Below, piece by piece: positions 1 through 9,119 of a stretch of DNA of 64,000 bases; positions within the stretch are counted from its first letter, which is position 1; each line of letters starts with the position of its first letter. The position numbers and the translations under genes were made by a program. This DNA is from Hydrogenoanaerobacterium sp. (GTDB taxonomy: Bacteria; Bacillota; Clostridia; Oscillospirales; Ruminococcaceae), in the NCBI GenBank assembly GCA_036638975.1, contig JAVWJP010000002.1:54375-118374 (forward strand), written 5' to 3'. The notes beneath the pieces are model-generated. The model made no database searches. It was not told the origin of the DNA and saw only the letters and a list, made by a program, of their open reading frames with translations.

Positions 1-399
1 GCTTTTTAAAAGCACCATTGCACCCGCGCCGTCTGTTAAGGCGTGAAAAACCTCAAGGTTAATTTTTTTGCATAAGTATGTTACACGAAACATAAACCCG
101 TTATTCTGCCGCTTGTCCATTCGCCGCAAGGGGTAAGTCAAGTCCTCGGTTATAACCGGTTTTTGAAAATTAGTTTCCCAATAATACCAAAAAAGCCCGC
201 GCCGCAGCTTTACATTAAAGGTGGGCAGTTCTTTTAATGCCTGCTCTACAGCTTCCTGCAAAAGCTCCGGCAAAATGTCTTCGTGCAGCTTTACGCTTAT
301 GCGAAACACGCTGGAATTACCGGAGCTGCGTACAGCGGGGAACACCTTAGCTGCATTATCCAGCTTATGCCAGTAATATTCTTCCCCCTGCTTGCCCAA
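1..399 (-). CDS. N-terminal part of an HxxxD-type acyltransferase (condensation / alcohol-acetyltransferase-like); the 3' end runs off the window
   Basis: Uninterrupted minus-strand frame from 399 to the window edge. It is absent from the ORF track because it is truncated. The translation ends ...INLEVFHALTDGAGAMVLLKS, which contains the HxxxDG acyl-transfer motif. TTG start at 397-399 lies 7 nt after AGGGGTGG, and an in-frame TAA lies just upstream. Confidence 0.55.
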   Translation of the reverse strand, partial: MGKQGEEYYWHKLDNAAKVFPAVRSSGNSSVFRISVKLHEDILPELLQEAVEQALKELPTFNVKLRRGLFWYYWETNFQKPVITEDLTYPLRRMDKRQNNGFMFRVTYLCKKINLEVFHALTDGAGAMVLLKS

Positions 400-594
400 A
401 AAAACGCCACCCCTACAAAATTAATATTGCATCTTAGCTTTTAGTGCAATTATAGTCTTGCTGATATTGTACCACATTTTCGCTCTATATTAAAGAATAA
501 AAATAGTGGTTGCCTTTTACTGCAAGACGGTGTATCATAAATAAAAATAAAACCGTTTAGTTATAGCTTAATATAATTACAGGGGCTGAAAAAC

Positions 595-873
595 ATGAAT
601 TATTACGAGCGAATGCGCAGTCTACGCGAAGAATATCATATGTCACAGCGCCAGCTTGCGGCGGTTCTGGGTATGAAGCAGCCGCAGTATCAGCGCTACG
701 AAACAGGAGAGCGAGATGTACCAACACCCGTTTTGATAAGCCTTTCTACGCTATATGATGTTTCTGTAGATTATATTTTGGGTTGCAGTGATAACCCCAA
801 AATAGAAAAATGCAAATTCTGCCCGCTAGATGCCCGCGGTAACTTAAAGACAGTGCAGGTGAATACAAAATGA
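595..873 (+). CDS. XRE (Cro/C1) family HTH transcriptional regulator
   Basis: 92 aa. Typical XRE helix-turn-helix block SQRQLAAVLGMKQPQYQRYETGERDVP...VDYILG. Its stop overlaps the next start (ATGA at 870-873). Confidence 0.85.
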   Translation: MNYYERMRSLREEYHMSQRQLAAVLGMKQPQYQRYETGERDVPTPVLISLSTLYDVSVDYILGCSDNPKIEKCKFCPLDARGNLKTVQVNTK

Positions 874-1769
874 ATATATGCACAGCGTGCCCCAGACGCT
901 GCGGAGTTTACCGCAAAGAGCACCTGACCGACAGCGAGGGCGAGCTTGGTTTTTGCGGTATGCCACAGGCGCCTGTTTTGGCGCGCGCAGCACTGCACTT
1001 GTGGGAAGAACCCTGTATAAGCGGCTCTCGCGGCAGCGGCACCGTGTTTTTTAGCGGTTGCTCGCTGCGCTGTTGTTTTTGCCAAAACCACAAAATCAGT
1101 GCAGAGGGCTTTGGGCAAGAGATAAGCACAGAGCGCCTCAGGCAAATTTATTTTGAACTTATAGCACAGGGTGCACACAACATAAACCTTGTAAACCCGA
1201 CGCATTTTACAAAAGCTATAGCCGAAAGCCTAAGCGAGCCCCTGCCGGTGCCGGTTATATACAACTGCGGTGGCTACGAAAGTGTGGAATCGCTGCAAGC
1301 TCTGCGCGGTAAAATACAAATATATATACCCGATTTAAAATACAGCGATAGCGCCGCCGCTCTTAAATATTCTTTTGCAGAGGATTATTACGAAACCGCA
1401 AAAAAAGCTATAGACGAAATGCTTGCGCAAACCGGCAAATACATAATAGACAAGGACGGCATTATGCAAAGCGGAGTTATAATAAGACATTTGATATTGC
1501 CCGAAAACCTTGAAAACACCTTTGGCGTAATAGATTATATATGTGAGCATTTTAAGCCGGGCGAAATACTTTTTAGCCTTATGCGGCAGTACACGCCATA
1601 CGCCAACGCCGCACTGCACCCAGAGATAAACCGCATTCTTACAGCAGAGGAATATAAACGCGCAGAAGATTATTTGCTGTGGAGCGGTGCTGTTGACGGT
1701 TTTTTACAAGAAGATGAATCGGCAACAGATGGGTTTATTCCAAAATTTGATTTAACAGGAGTTATGTGA
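870..1769 (+). CDS. Radical SAM protein, PflX / pyruvate-formate-lyase-activase-like family (COG1313-type)
   Basis: CX3CX2C cluster motif CSLRCCFC, an N-terminal CTACPRRC motif and an HLWEEPCISG block. 299 aa. Overlaps both neighbouring genes. Confidence 0.8.
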   Translation: MNICTACPRRCGVYRKEHLTDSEGELGFCGMPQAPVLARAALHLWEEPCISGSRGSGTVFFSGCSLRCCFCQNHKISAEGFGQEISTERLRQIYFELIAQGAHNINLVNPTHFTKAIAESLSEPLPVPVIYNCGGYESVESLQALRGKIQIYIPDLKYSDSAAALKYSFAEDYYETAKKAIDEMLAQTGKYIIDKDGIMQSGVIIRHLILPENLENTFGVIDYICEHFKPGEILFSLMRQYTPYANAALHPEINRILTAEEYKRAEDYLLWSGAVDGFLQEDESATDGFIPKFDLTGVM

Positions 1770-3118
1770 AGCGCATGACAGCACAAAATAAAAAATTTTA
1801 TAACGACATTTTTACAATAGCTATGCCTATAGCACTGCAAAATATTATATCCTACAGCGTAAACCTTATGGACACCGTAATGCTGGGCACTTTGGGCGAG
1901 GTTGCACTTTCTGCCGCCTCGCTTGCAAACCAAATGTTTTTTATATTTAACGTAGTTTGCTTTGGTGTGGCAAGCGGTGCTATAGTTTTGGCAAGCCAGT
2001 ACTGGGGCAAGGGCGACACAGTTGCTATACAAAAAATAACAGGGCTTGCCGTTAAAATAATAGTTGGTTTTTCGGTAATATTTTCGCTTTTTGTTATGAT
2101 ATTCCCATCACAGATTATGCGGGTTTTTACACCTGATGCCGCAGTTATAGAGGCAGGGACTCGTTACCTTCGCATGGTTGCCCTTTCGTACACCACTGGC
2201 GGAATAAGCGCGACATTTCTTATGGTGCTTCGCAGTGTCGAAACAGTTAAAATCTCTCTTTTAATCTACAGCATTTCGTTTTGCATAAACGTCTTCTTCA
2301 ACTACGTGTTCATCTTTGGCAAGCTTGGCGCACCTGTGCTTGGTGTTACGGGGGCTGCAATAGGCACTGTTTTGGCAAGAGCCTCAGAATGTGTTATTTT
2401 AGTCTTTTACTTAAAGTTTTTTGAGAAAAAAATCCACTACAAGCTTAAAATATTTTTATCGCATGACAAAGCCTTAATGGCAGACCTTATGCGCTACGGT
2501 ATGCCTGTAATGATAAACGAGTTTATGTGGGCAGTGGGCATTTCTATGCACTCGGTAATTTTAGGGCATATAAGCTCGTCTGTTGTGGCCGCAAACAGCA
2601 TATGCAACGTAATTTACCAGCTTGCCACATCTTTTATATTTGGCATAGGCAGCGCTACGGCAGTTATCACCGGCAATTTAATCGGTGCAGAGGATATACC
2701 GCATTTGCAAAGCTGTGTTAAAAAGTTTAAAGTAATATACTTCTTTTTGGGGATTGCCTCAGCGGGGATATTGCTGCTGCTTAAAAAACCTGTGCTTGCA
2801 ATTTACAACATAGAGCCGGAAACCCTTGCCTTTGCAAACCAGCTTATGATAGCCTACGCATTTGCCATATTTTTTATGGCTTATACCTGCCCTCTTATAA
2901 CCGGTATATTCAGGGGTGCGGGCGACACGCGCTTTGCGGCAGCCGTTGATATAGGCTGCCTGTGGTTTGCTATACCTCTGGGTGCCGCCGCCGCGTTCTG
3001 GCTGCATCTTCCCCCGCTATTTGTGTTTGCAATATTAAAGCTCGATTACCCGCTGAAAACATTTTTTTGTCTTATGCGTCTGCGCGGTACAGATTGGATA
3101 CGAAATGTTACGCGGTAA
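1766..3118 (+). CDS. MATE family efflux transporter
   Basis: 450 aa, polytopic and hydrophobic throughout. MATE-like N-terminus IAMPIALQNIISYSVNLMDTVMLG. GTG start overlaps the radical SAM stop; an alternative ATG is at 1775. Confidence 0.85.
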   Translation: MKRMTAQNKKFYNDIFTIAMPIALQNIISYSVNLMDTVMLGTLGEVALSAASLANQMFFIFNVVCFGVASGAIVLASQYWGKGDTVAIQKITGLAVKIIVGFSVIFSLFVMIFPSQIMRVFTPDAAVIEAGTRYLRMVALSYTTGGISATFLMVLRSVETVKISLLIYSISFCINVFFNYVFIFGKLGAPVLGVTGAAIGTVLARASECVILVFYLKFFEKKIHYKLKIFLSHDKALMADLMRYGMPVMINEFMWAVGISMHSVILGHISSSVVAANSICNVIYQLATSFIFGIGSATAVITGNLIGAEDIPHLQSCVKKFKVIYFFLGIASAGILLLLKKPVLAIYNIEPETLAFANQLMIAYAFAIFFMAYTCPLITGIFRGAGDTRFAAAVDIGCLWFAIPLGAAAAFWLHLPPLFVFAILKLDYPLKTFFCLMRLRGTDWIRNVTR

Positions 3119-3127
3119 GCGGTTTTT

Positions 3128-3769
3128 CTATTTACCTGTTTTTGCCGCCTCATAAAGCATTGCATTACATATTGCGGCGGCGACATTGCTGCCCCCCTTG
3201 CGCCCGCGTGCTACTATAAACGGAACACCGCATTTCATTATAATTTCTTTCGATTCTACAACATTTACAAACCCGACAGGCACACCCACCACAAGCGCAG
3301 GCGATATTTTGCCCTCGCTTATAAGCTCGTAAAGCCGTACCAAAGCTGTTGGTGCGTTACCTATAGCAATTACCAGCGGGGTTTTAAGCTGCGCTGCCTT
3401 GTTAATACAAGCCGTTGCGCGTGTAGTACCGTTTTCTTTGGCCTCTGCCGCAACATCTTCGTCACCCATAAAGCAAAGCGCTTCGCCGCCAAAAACGGCA
3501 AGCGCTTTTTTATTTATGCCCGCTCGCGCCATCTTTGTGTCGGTGACTATACACGCCCCCGCCTTTAACGCCACAATGCCTTTTTCTACGGCATTTGGTG
3601 AAAAGCAAAGGGTTCTGGCATAATCAAAATCTGCCGTGGTATGAATGACACGCTTTACTACAGCCTCGTTTTGTGGCTGTAGCATAATACCGCCAAGCTC
3701 CTCCGTTATAATCTCAAAGCTGCGTTTTTCTATTTCCTCGGGAAGTACGCGCTGCAATTCTATTTTCAT
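3128..3769 (-). CDS. cbiC: Cobalt-precorrin-8 methylmutase
   Basis: 213 aa. Motifs VIHTTADFDY and IGNAPTAL are typical of CbiC/CobH. Last gene of the cob operon. Confidence 0.92.
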   Translation of the reverse strand: MKIELQRVLPEEIEKRSFEIITEELGGIMLQPQNEAVVKRVIHTTADFDYARTLCFSPNAVEKGIVALKAGACIVTDTKMARAGINKKALAVFGGEALCFMGDEDVAAEAKENGTTRATACINKAAQLKTPLVIAIGNAPTALVRLYELISEGKISPALVVGVPVGFVNVVESKEIIMKCGVPFIVARGRKGGSNVAAAICNAMLYEAAKTGK

Positions 3770-3809
3770 AATATATTATTCCTTCCTCAAACACAATAAA
3801 TGCTCTGCT

Positions 3810-5315
3810 TTAAACTCCGGCTTCCAATATCTCGTAAATTTTTTTCATGTCAAGTGCCTCACGCACTGCATCTGCCAACAGGTCATACTGCTGTTCTTTA
3901 TATTGTGCAAGATTTACCGCTTTTGCAGGCTCATATTTTAAACCCTTAGCCTTATAAAGTGCCGCAACTACTCCGCTTGCGACATCTTCGCTGTCAAAAA
4001 AGCCGTGCATATAGCTTCCGTAAACGTTGCCGCAAAAAGCTCCGTCCGCCTTTTTTTCATCGTCATCAAGCATTTTTGCACTGCACAGCACAGCACCGCC
4101 ATGCAAAACAGTTTTGCCCATATGAATTTCATAGCCTGTAAACTCTGCGCCGGAAAGCCCCTCTAAAGCACCGCTTATTTTATTTACACTGCCGCTTGTA
4201 CGTGTACGTGTTTTTTGCATTGCAAACTCTGTCGTTACAGGTAAAAGCCCCATTCCCACAAGCGTTCCGCCGTGCTCTACACCTAACGGGTCGTACAAAG
4301 CTTCGCCCAGCATCTGGTAGCCGCCGCATATGCCAAAAACTATGCCTCCGCGCGCCGCGTGCTTTTTAACCTCGGCTTCAAGTCCGTTTTGACGCAGCCA
4401 TAATAAATCCTCCATTGTATTTTTAGTGCCGGGTAATATTATCATGTCAGGCGTACCAAGCTGCTGAACGTTGCTTACATATCTAAGCGAAACGCCGTCT
4501 ATATACTCAAGCGCGTTAAAATCTGTAGCATTTGATATTCTCGGCAGACGAAGCACCGCTATGTCAATATCTCCGCCCTTATTTTTGCGCAGGTACCTGT
4601 CCGACAGGCTGTCCTCATCGTCAATATCAACATTGATATATGGTACAACACCTAAAACAGGCTTTTTTGTTATGTCCTCAAGTTGCACCAGCCCCGGTGC
4701 AAGAATATTCTTATCGCCGCGGAATTTATTTATAATTGTGCCGCGCACCATGTCGCGCTCGTCCTCTGTAAGCAGCAGCAGAGTGCCTGCCAAAGCCGCA
4801 AAAACTCCTCCACGGTCTATATCTCCGCAGATTAAAACAGGCGCTTTGGCAAGCCGTGCCATGCCCATATTTACTATATCGTTTTCTTTTAAATTTATTT
4901 CAGCAGGGCTGCCCGCACCCTCTATCACCACAATATCAAACTCGTCATCAAGGCTTTTATATGCGGCTTTTATATACGGAATAAGCTCTGTTTTACGGGC
5001 ATAATAATCGGCGGCGCTCATAAATCCAAATACCTCGCCATTTACTATAAGCTGCGAGCCTGTGTCGCTTTGCGGCTTTAATAAAATAGGGTTCATGCGC
5101 ACCTGCGGCGCAACACCTGCCGCCTCTGCCTGCATAACCTGCGCGCGCCCCATCTCTAAGCCTTCATCTGTAATATAAGAATTAAGCGCCATGTTTTGAG
5201 ATTTAAACGGTGCTACACTGTAGCCGTCCTGCTTAAATATACGGCACAGCGCCGCCGTAAGCAAGCTTTTGCCTGCATTTGAGGTTGTCCCCTGTATCAT
5301 TATAGCCTTTGCCAT
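3810..5315 (-). CDS. cbiP: Cobyric acid synthase
   Basis: 501 aa. N-terminal GTTSNAGKS nucleotide loop. C-terminal glutamine amidotransferase domain with [10 protein letters not shown] and YEIHMG. Confidence 0.95.
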   Translation of the reverse strand: MAKAIMIQGTTSNAGKSLLTAALCRIFKQDGYSVAPFKSQNMALNSYITDEGLEMGRAQVMQAEAAGVAPQVRMNPILLKPQSDTGSQLIVNGEVFGFMSAADYYARKTELIPYIKAAYKSLDDEFDIVVIEGAGSPAEINLKENDIVNMGMARLAKAPVLICGDIDRGGVFAALAGTLLLLTEDERDMVRGTIINKFRGDKNILAPGLVQLEDITKKPVLGVVPYINVDIDDEDSLSDRYLRKNKGGDIDIAVLRLPRISNATDFNALEYIDGVSLRYVSNVQQLGTPDMIILPGTKNTMEDLLWLRQNGLEAEVKKHAARGGIVFGICGGYQMLGEALYDPLGVEHGGTLVGMGLLPVTTEFAMQKTRTRTSGSVNKISGALEGLSGAEFTGYEIHMGKTVLHGGAVLCSAKMLDDDEKKADGAFCGNVYGSYMHGFFDSEDVASGVVAALYKAKGLKYEPAKAVNLAQYKEQQYDLLADAVREALDMKKIYEILEAGV

Positions 5316-5318
5316 AAT

Positions 5319-6410
5319 TTATTTCCCCCTCAATAATAATTCTACGGCTTCCGTGCCGTCATGCTCGCCCATATACCCGCCGTAAGCGCCGCCATACAAC
5401 ACAAACGGCTGTGCTTCACCACCGTGAGCACCTGTTTTGCAAAGCGAAGAATGGTCCGAGCATACAAGAAACGCAGTCCCTTTTGGGGCTTTTTTTAGCA
5501 GCAGCGCTAAAAGCTCATCATCTACCCGCTTTAAAAAAGCTGCCTTGCCCTGTGCATCTTGTCTGTGAGAAAGCTCATCAGCACCGTTTATATGCACAAG
5601 CACAAATTCATAATCGTTTAAAAGCCCCAATGCCGCTTCTGCCTTTGCCGTTAGATTTGTGTCGCTTTCGGCATTTGCGCCCATAGGTGTTACAAGGTGC
5701 AGCCCCATATTAACCGCTATACCGCGCATAACCTCTGTTGCACACACAGCGGCGCCTTTTATACCGTGCAGTGCTTCAAACTTAGGAAGTGCCTGCTTTA
5801 AAGCCATGCCCCACGGCAGCATTGCAAGCTGCGCACCGCTTGCAGTATTACCTATATTTTTACGCGCCACAGTGCAAAGTGCGGTACATATGTCTTCGTC
5901 AGCTCCGCATGGTAAAAGCGCTTCAAAAAGCTCGCCTATGTGCTCGTGCGGCGCAAAGGTTTTAATACCGACCGCTGCCTTTGCCGCGCCGCGCAAAATA
6001 AGCAAATTTTTATAGCCGCTCATATTAATAAAAGATGCTCCCGCCATGTTAAAGCCCTCTGCAAAGCTTTTGCACAAAGTCATCTTGTCCTCTGCACCCT
6101 CGGCACACGACGAAGCAAGACAGCCGTCGCCACCTACAGTAACAAGGCTGCAACGAAAAACCGCATCGTTATCCCCCACAGCAGCACCGCAAGAAAGTGC
6201 CTCGGCATATGCCCTGCCCTGCGGTATGCTTTGCGGCGGAACACCTAAAAGTGTAGCTATGCAAGTAAGGCTCTCGGCACAAAAACCCTGCGGAGTGGTT
6301 TTAAAAAAACCGTATGCACCGCTTTTTTTCATTTGCAAAAGAGTTTCTCCGCAAGATATTTTATCACCGCCGTCTGCTGCACCGTCTATTATTACCATAA
6401 GCTTCGGCAT
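5319..6410 (-). CDS. Alkaline-phosphatase-superfamily metalloenzyme, archaeal-type cofactor-independent phosphoglycerate mutase (apgM/COG3635)-like; its role in the cob operon is unknown
   Basis: 363 aa. Blocks VIIDGAADG, AVFRCSLVTV, APHEHIGE, MLPWGMA, VLVHINGADELSHRQD and VCSDHSS...GAHGGE match the apgM-type layout. Its start shares 1 nt with the cobD stop (TAATG), and its stop is 3 nt from the cbiP start. Confidence 0.7.
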   Translation of the reverse strand: MPKLMVIIDGAADGGDKISCGETLLQMKKSGAYGFFKTTPQGFCAESLTCIATLLGVPPQSIPQGRAYAEALSCGAAVGDNDAVFRCSLVTVGGDGCLASSCAEGAEDKMTLCKSFAEGFNMAGASFINMSGYKNLLILRGAAKAAVGIKTFAPHEHIGELFEALLPCGADEDICTALCTVARKNIGNTASGAQLAMLPWGMALKQALPKFEALHGIKGAAVCATEVMRGIAVNMGLHLVTPMGANAESDTNLTAKAEAALGLLNDYEFVLVHINGADELSHRQDAQGKAAFLKRVDDELLALLLKKAPKGTAFLVCSDHSSLCKTGAHGGEAQPFVLYGGAYGGYMGEHDGTEAVELLLRGK

Positions 6411-7465
6411 TAAATAAGCTCCTTCATAGCGCTTAACAAAAGCATATTTTCGTGGTGCGTCTTTACAGCCACACGGCAGAACTCACCGCTTAACCCCTTG
6501 TAATTACCGCAGTCGCGCACCAGTATTCCGCTTGCGGCAAGCTTTTTACGCAAGCCCGCTACATGAGGGCTAAAAAAAATATAGTTTGCCTGCGACGCAT
6601 AAACCCTACACCCCAATGCGGCAAATTCATCTTTTAAAAACTGTCTTTCTGCTTTTATAAGTGCGCGTGTTTTTTTGACATATGCTTTTTCTTTAGTAGC
6701 ACGAACGCCCGCAAGCTGCGCAGGAACAGAAACGTCCCACGGAGAACCGCAAGCATACATAGCTCCCAAAAGCTCGCGCTTTTTGCACATAACGTACCCA
6801 AGCCTTACGCCTGCAAGGGCATACATCTTTGTAAAGGCTTTAAATATTATTAAATTTTCGTAGTCGCCCAAATATTCTTTCATGGTGTAGCTTTGCGGTT
6901 CATCTAAAAAGTCATTAAAGCATTCGTCAAGCGCCAAAATAATATTATTTTCTTTACAGCGTTTTAATATTCGGCAAAGCAGCTCTCTCTCTGCAACAGA
7001 GCCTGTCGGGTTATTTGGGTTACACAAAAAAAAGATATCGACATCGGCAGTAAGCGCGGGTAATATTCCTTCGGTCAAGGCAAAATCGTCCTCCTCGCGC
7101 AAAGCATGGCGGCGCACAGCACAGCCGGCCGCTGCAAGTGCCTGCTCGTACTCGGCAAAGCAAGGGGCAAGCACCAAGCCTGTTTTTGGACGTACCGCAT
7201 AAACCAGCCTATATATAAGGTCTGAGGCACCGGCACCGCATAAAACATATTTAAGCGGAACATCTTCGTTTTCGGCAACTGCCGCCGTAAGCCTGCGGCA
7301 CAAAGGGTCCGGGTATACCTCACATTTTTCCACAGCTGCCACAAGCGCCTCACGCACACCCTTTGCCATACCAAATGGGTTAATATTAGCAGAAAAATCA
7401 AGCATTTCACCATTAATAGAGTCTTGCTGAGAGTAAATATCACCGCCGTGAATAATATCAAACAT
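6410..7465 (-). CDS. cobD: L-threonine-O-3-phosphate decarboxylase (class I/II aminotransferase fold)
   Basis: 351 aa. HGGDIY...LDFSANINPFG N-terminus. PLP-lysine block FKAFTKMYALAGVRLGY. Confidence 0.9.
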   Translation of the reverse strand: MFDIIHGGDIYSQQDSINGEMLDFSANINPFGMAKGVREALVAAVEKCEVYPDPLCRRLTAAVAENEDVPLKYVLCGAGASDLIYRLVYAVRPKTGLVLAPCFAEYEQALAAAGCAVRRHALREEDDFALTEGILPALTADVDIFFLCNPNNPTGSVAERELLCRILKRCKENNIILALDECFNDFLDEPQSYTMKEYLGDYENLIIFKAFTKMYALAGVRLGYVMCKKRELLGAMYACGSPWDVSVPAQLAGVRATKEKAYVKKTRALIKAERQFLKDEFAALGCRVYASQANYIFFSPHVAGLRKKLAASGILVRDCGNYKGLSGEFCRVAVKTHHENMLLLSAMKELI

Positions 7466-7478
7466 AGTTAATCACACC

Positions 7479-8489
7479 TTACCAAAATAAAAATGCTGCC
7501 AAAAGCTTTAAAACAGCGCACACAAAAAATGTAATCATCGCCGTGGCGTACATAAGCCTATTTGCCGCGGGTATATCGTCACAGCAAATGGGGCGCAGCG
7601 CGTCACCTATAGTCGGTTTTTTGTGCAGCACACCAAAGTAATATGCGTCACCGCCAAGGCATACGCCCAAAGCACCCGCGCATACGCTCTCGGTTTGGGC
7701 ACTGTTTGGGCTTTCGTGGCAACGCTTGTCACGCTTATATATTTTTTTTGCATTATTATAGTCAAAGCCCTGCAACCGCGCCGCCAAAAGCATAAGCCTA
7801 GCCGCAATGCGCGCGGGTATGTAATTTACTGCATCATCAAGCAGTGCGGCACAGCGCCCGAAATGCAAATATTTTTCGTTTTTATAACCCAGCATAGAGT
7901 CCATTGTATTTACAGCCTTATAAAAAAAGCCAAGCGGAGCACCACCGATTGCCATAAATATAAGCGGCGCAACCACGCCGTCAGAGGTGTTTTCGGCAAC
8001 AGTTTCTACTGCCGCCTTTATTACGCCAACATCGGTAAGCTCATCGGTATCGCGCCCCACTATCATAGAAACTGCCCTTCGTGCACCCGATAAATCGCCC
8101 TTCATAATCTCATAATAAACCTTCATGCTCTCGCTTTTAAGCGACTTTACGGCAAGTATCTGCCAGCAAAAAACAGACTCGGCGGCAAGGCGCAACCATG
8201 GGCTAATTTTACCAAAAAAAGCCAAAATACCAAGCGGGACAAAAAAAGAAAACGCAAGCACAAAAGCCACCGTAAAAAGCCCTGCTCCGCGCAATGCCTG
8301 TGGGGTACTGCCCGCACGGCGACGAAAAAAGCCCTCGCTTTTTGTTATAACAACACCTATAAGGCGCACTGAATGCGGCATATTTTGAGGGTCGCCAAAT
8401 AATAAATCTAAAAAAAAGCCTATACATAGTGCAGAAAAAGAAATTATAAAATTTATCAAAAACGGCGCAATTACCACTGAAGCTGTCAT
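7479..8489 (-). CDS. cbiB: Adenosylcobinamide-phosphate synthase
   Basis: Integral membrane protein with CbiB-type blocks (GDPQNMPHSVRLIG, IVGRDTDEL, VAENTSDGVVAPLF). Preferred start is ATG 8489, with GAGGAGG upstream and an ATGA overlap with the cobC stop. The track ORF starts 15 nt earlier at a TTG. Confidence 0.9.
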   Translation of the reverse strand: MTASVVIAPFLINFIISFSALCIGFFLDLLFGDPQNMPHSVRLIGVVITKSEGFFRRRAGSTPQALRGAGLFTVAFVLAFSFFVPLGILAFFGKISPWLRLAAESVFCWQILAVKSLKSESMKVYYEIMKGDLSGARRAVSMIVGRDTDELTDVGVIKAAVETVAENTSDGVVAPLIFMAIGGAPLGFFYKAVNTMDSMLGYKNEKYLHFGRCAALLDDAVNYIPARIAARLMLLAARLQGFDYNNAKKIYKRDKRCHESPNSAQTESVCAGALGVCLGGDAYYFGVLHKKPTIGDALRPICCDDIPAANRLMYATAMITFFVCAVLKLLAAFLFW

Positions 8490-9100
8490 CTTTCCTCCTC
8501 GCAATCTATGCCGCGCAAAAGTGTTAGGGTCGTTTTACCGTTTATGTAATCGGCGCTAAATATATAGCCGCGCCCATTGTCGCACAGCCAGTCATAAAAG
8601 CCGCGCTTTGGCTTTGCAAAACGAGTAAACATACCCATCATAACCCCGCCGTGGCAAAGCACAGCAATGTCGCTGTAGCCGTTTTTTAATGCGTCCTCCA
8701 CCACAAAAGCAAGTGCTTCATTGCAGCGCCTGTCAAAATCGGCTTTTGTTTCGCCGTCGGGAGGGCTTCCCTCACCTGCGGAATCAAGCCAATCGCGAAA
8801 AGGCTTTGTTTTTGCAAGCTCGGCATAGGTTTTATTTTCAAAAGCTCCAAAATCCTGTTCGTGCAGGCTTTGAACCACAGTGTACGGCATTTTGGGGTAA
8901 ACAAGCACTAGAGTTTGCAGGCAGCGCAGCATAGGGCTTACATAAACGTGCTGCACCTTTGGGTAAATCTCCTGCGCTTTAAGCGTTTTTATTTCTTCTA
9001 AGCCCTCGTCACACACAGGCGAATTTATAGAACCAACATAGCGTTTTTCTTTATTGCCCATAGTTTTTCCGTGCCGTATAAATGCAATATTCATGCCCAT
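8486..9100 (-). CDS. cobC: Alpha-ribazole phosphatase (histidine phosphatase family)
   Basis: RHG catalytic motif in MGMNIAFIRHGKT and a later CHGGVM block. Start moved to ATG 9100 (GAGG 5 nt upstream). The track extension would cover the end of the upstream gene. Confidence 0.85.
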   Translation of the reverse strand: MGMNIAFIRHGKTMGNKEKRYVGSINSPVCDEGLEEIKTLKAQEIYPKVQHVYVSPMLRCLQTLVLVYPKMPYTVVQSLHEQDFGAFENKTYAELAKTKPFRDWLDSAGEGSPPDGETKADFDRRCNEALAFVVEDALKNGYSDIAVLCHGGVMMGMFTRFAKPKRGFYDWLCDNGRGYIFSADYINGKTTLTLLRGIDCEEER

Positions 9101-9119
9101 TTTCGCCTCGCTTTTTCTA

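Noticed and set aside
784-873. The Cys-containing C-terminal tail of the XRE protein (…KIEKCKFCPLDARGNL…) as a possible RiPP core peptide for the adjacent radical SAM enzyme.
   Set aside because: The protein has a complete XRE HTH domain. The radical SAM enzyme is PflX-type, without a SPASM/twitch C-terminal Cys cluster or a RiPP-recognition element. I see no protease or leader-peptide features.
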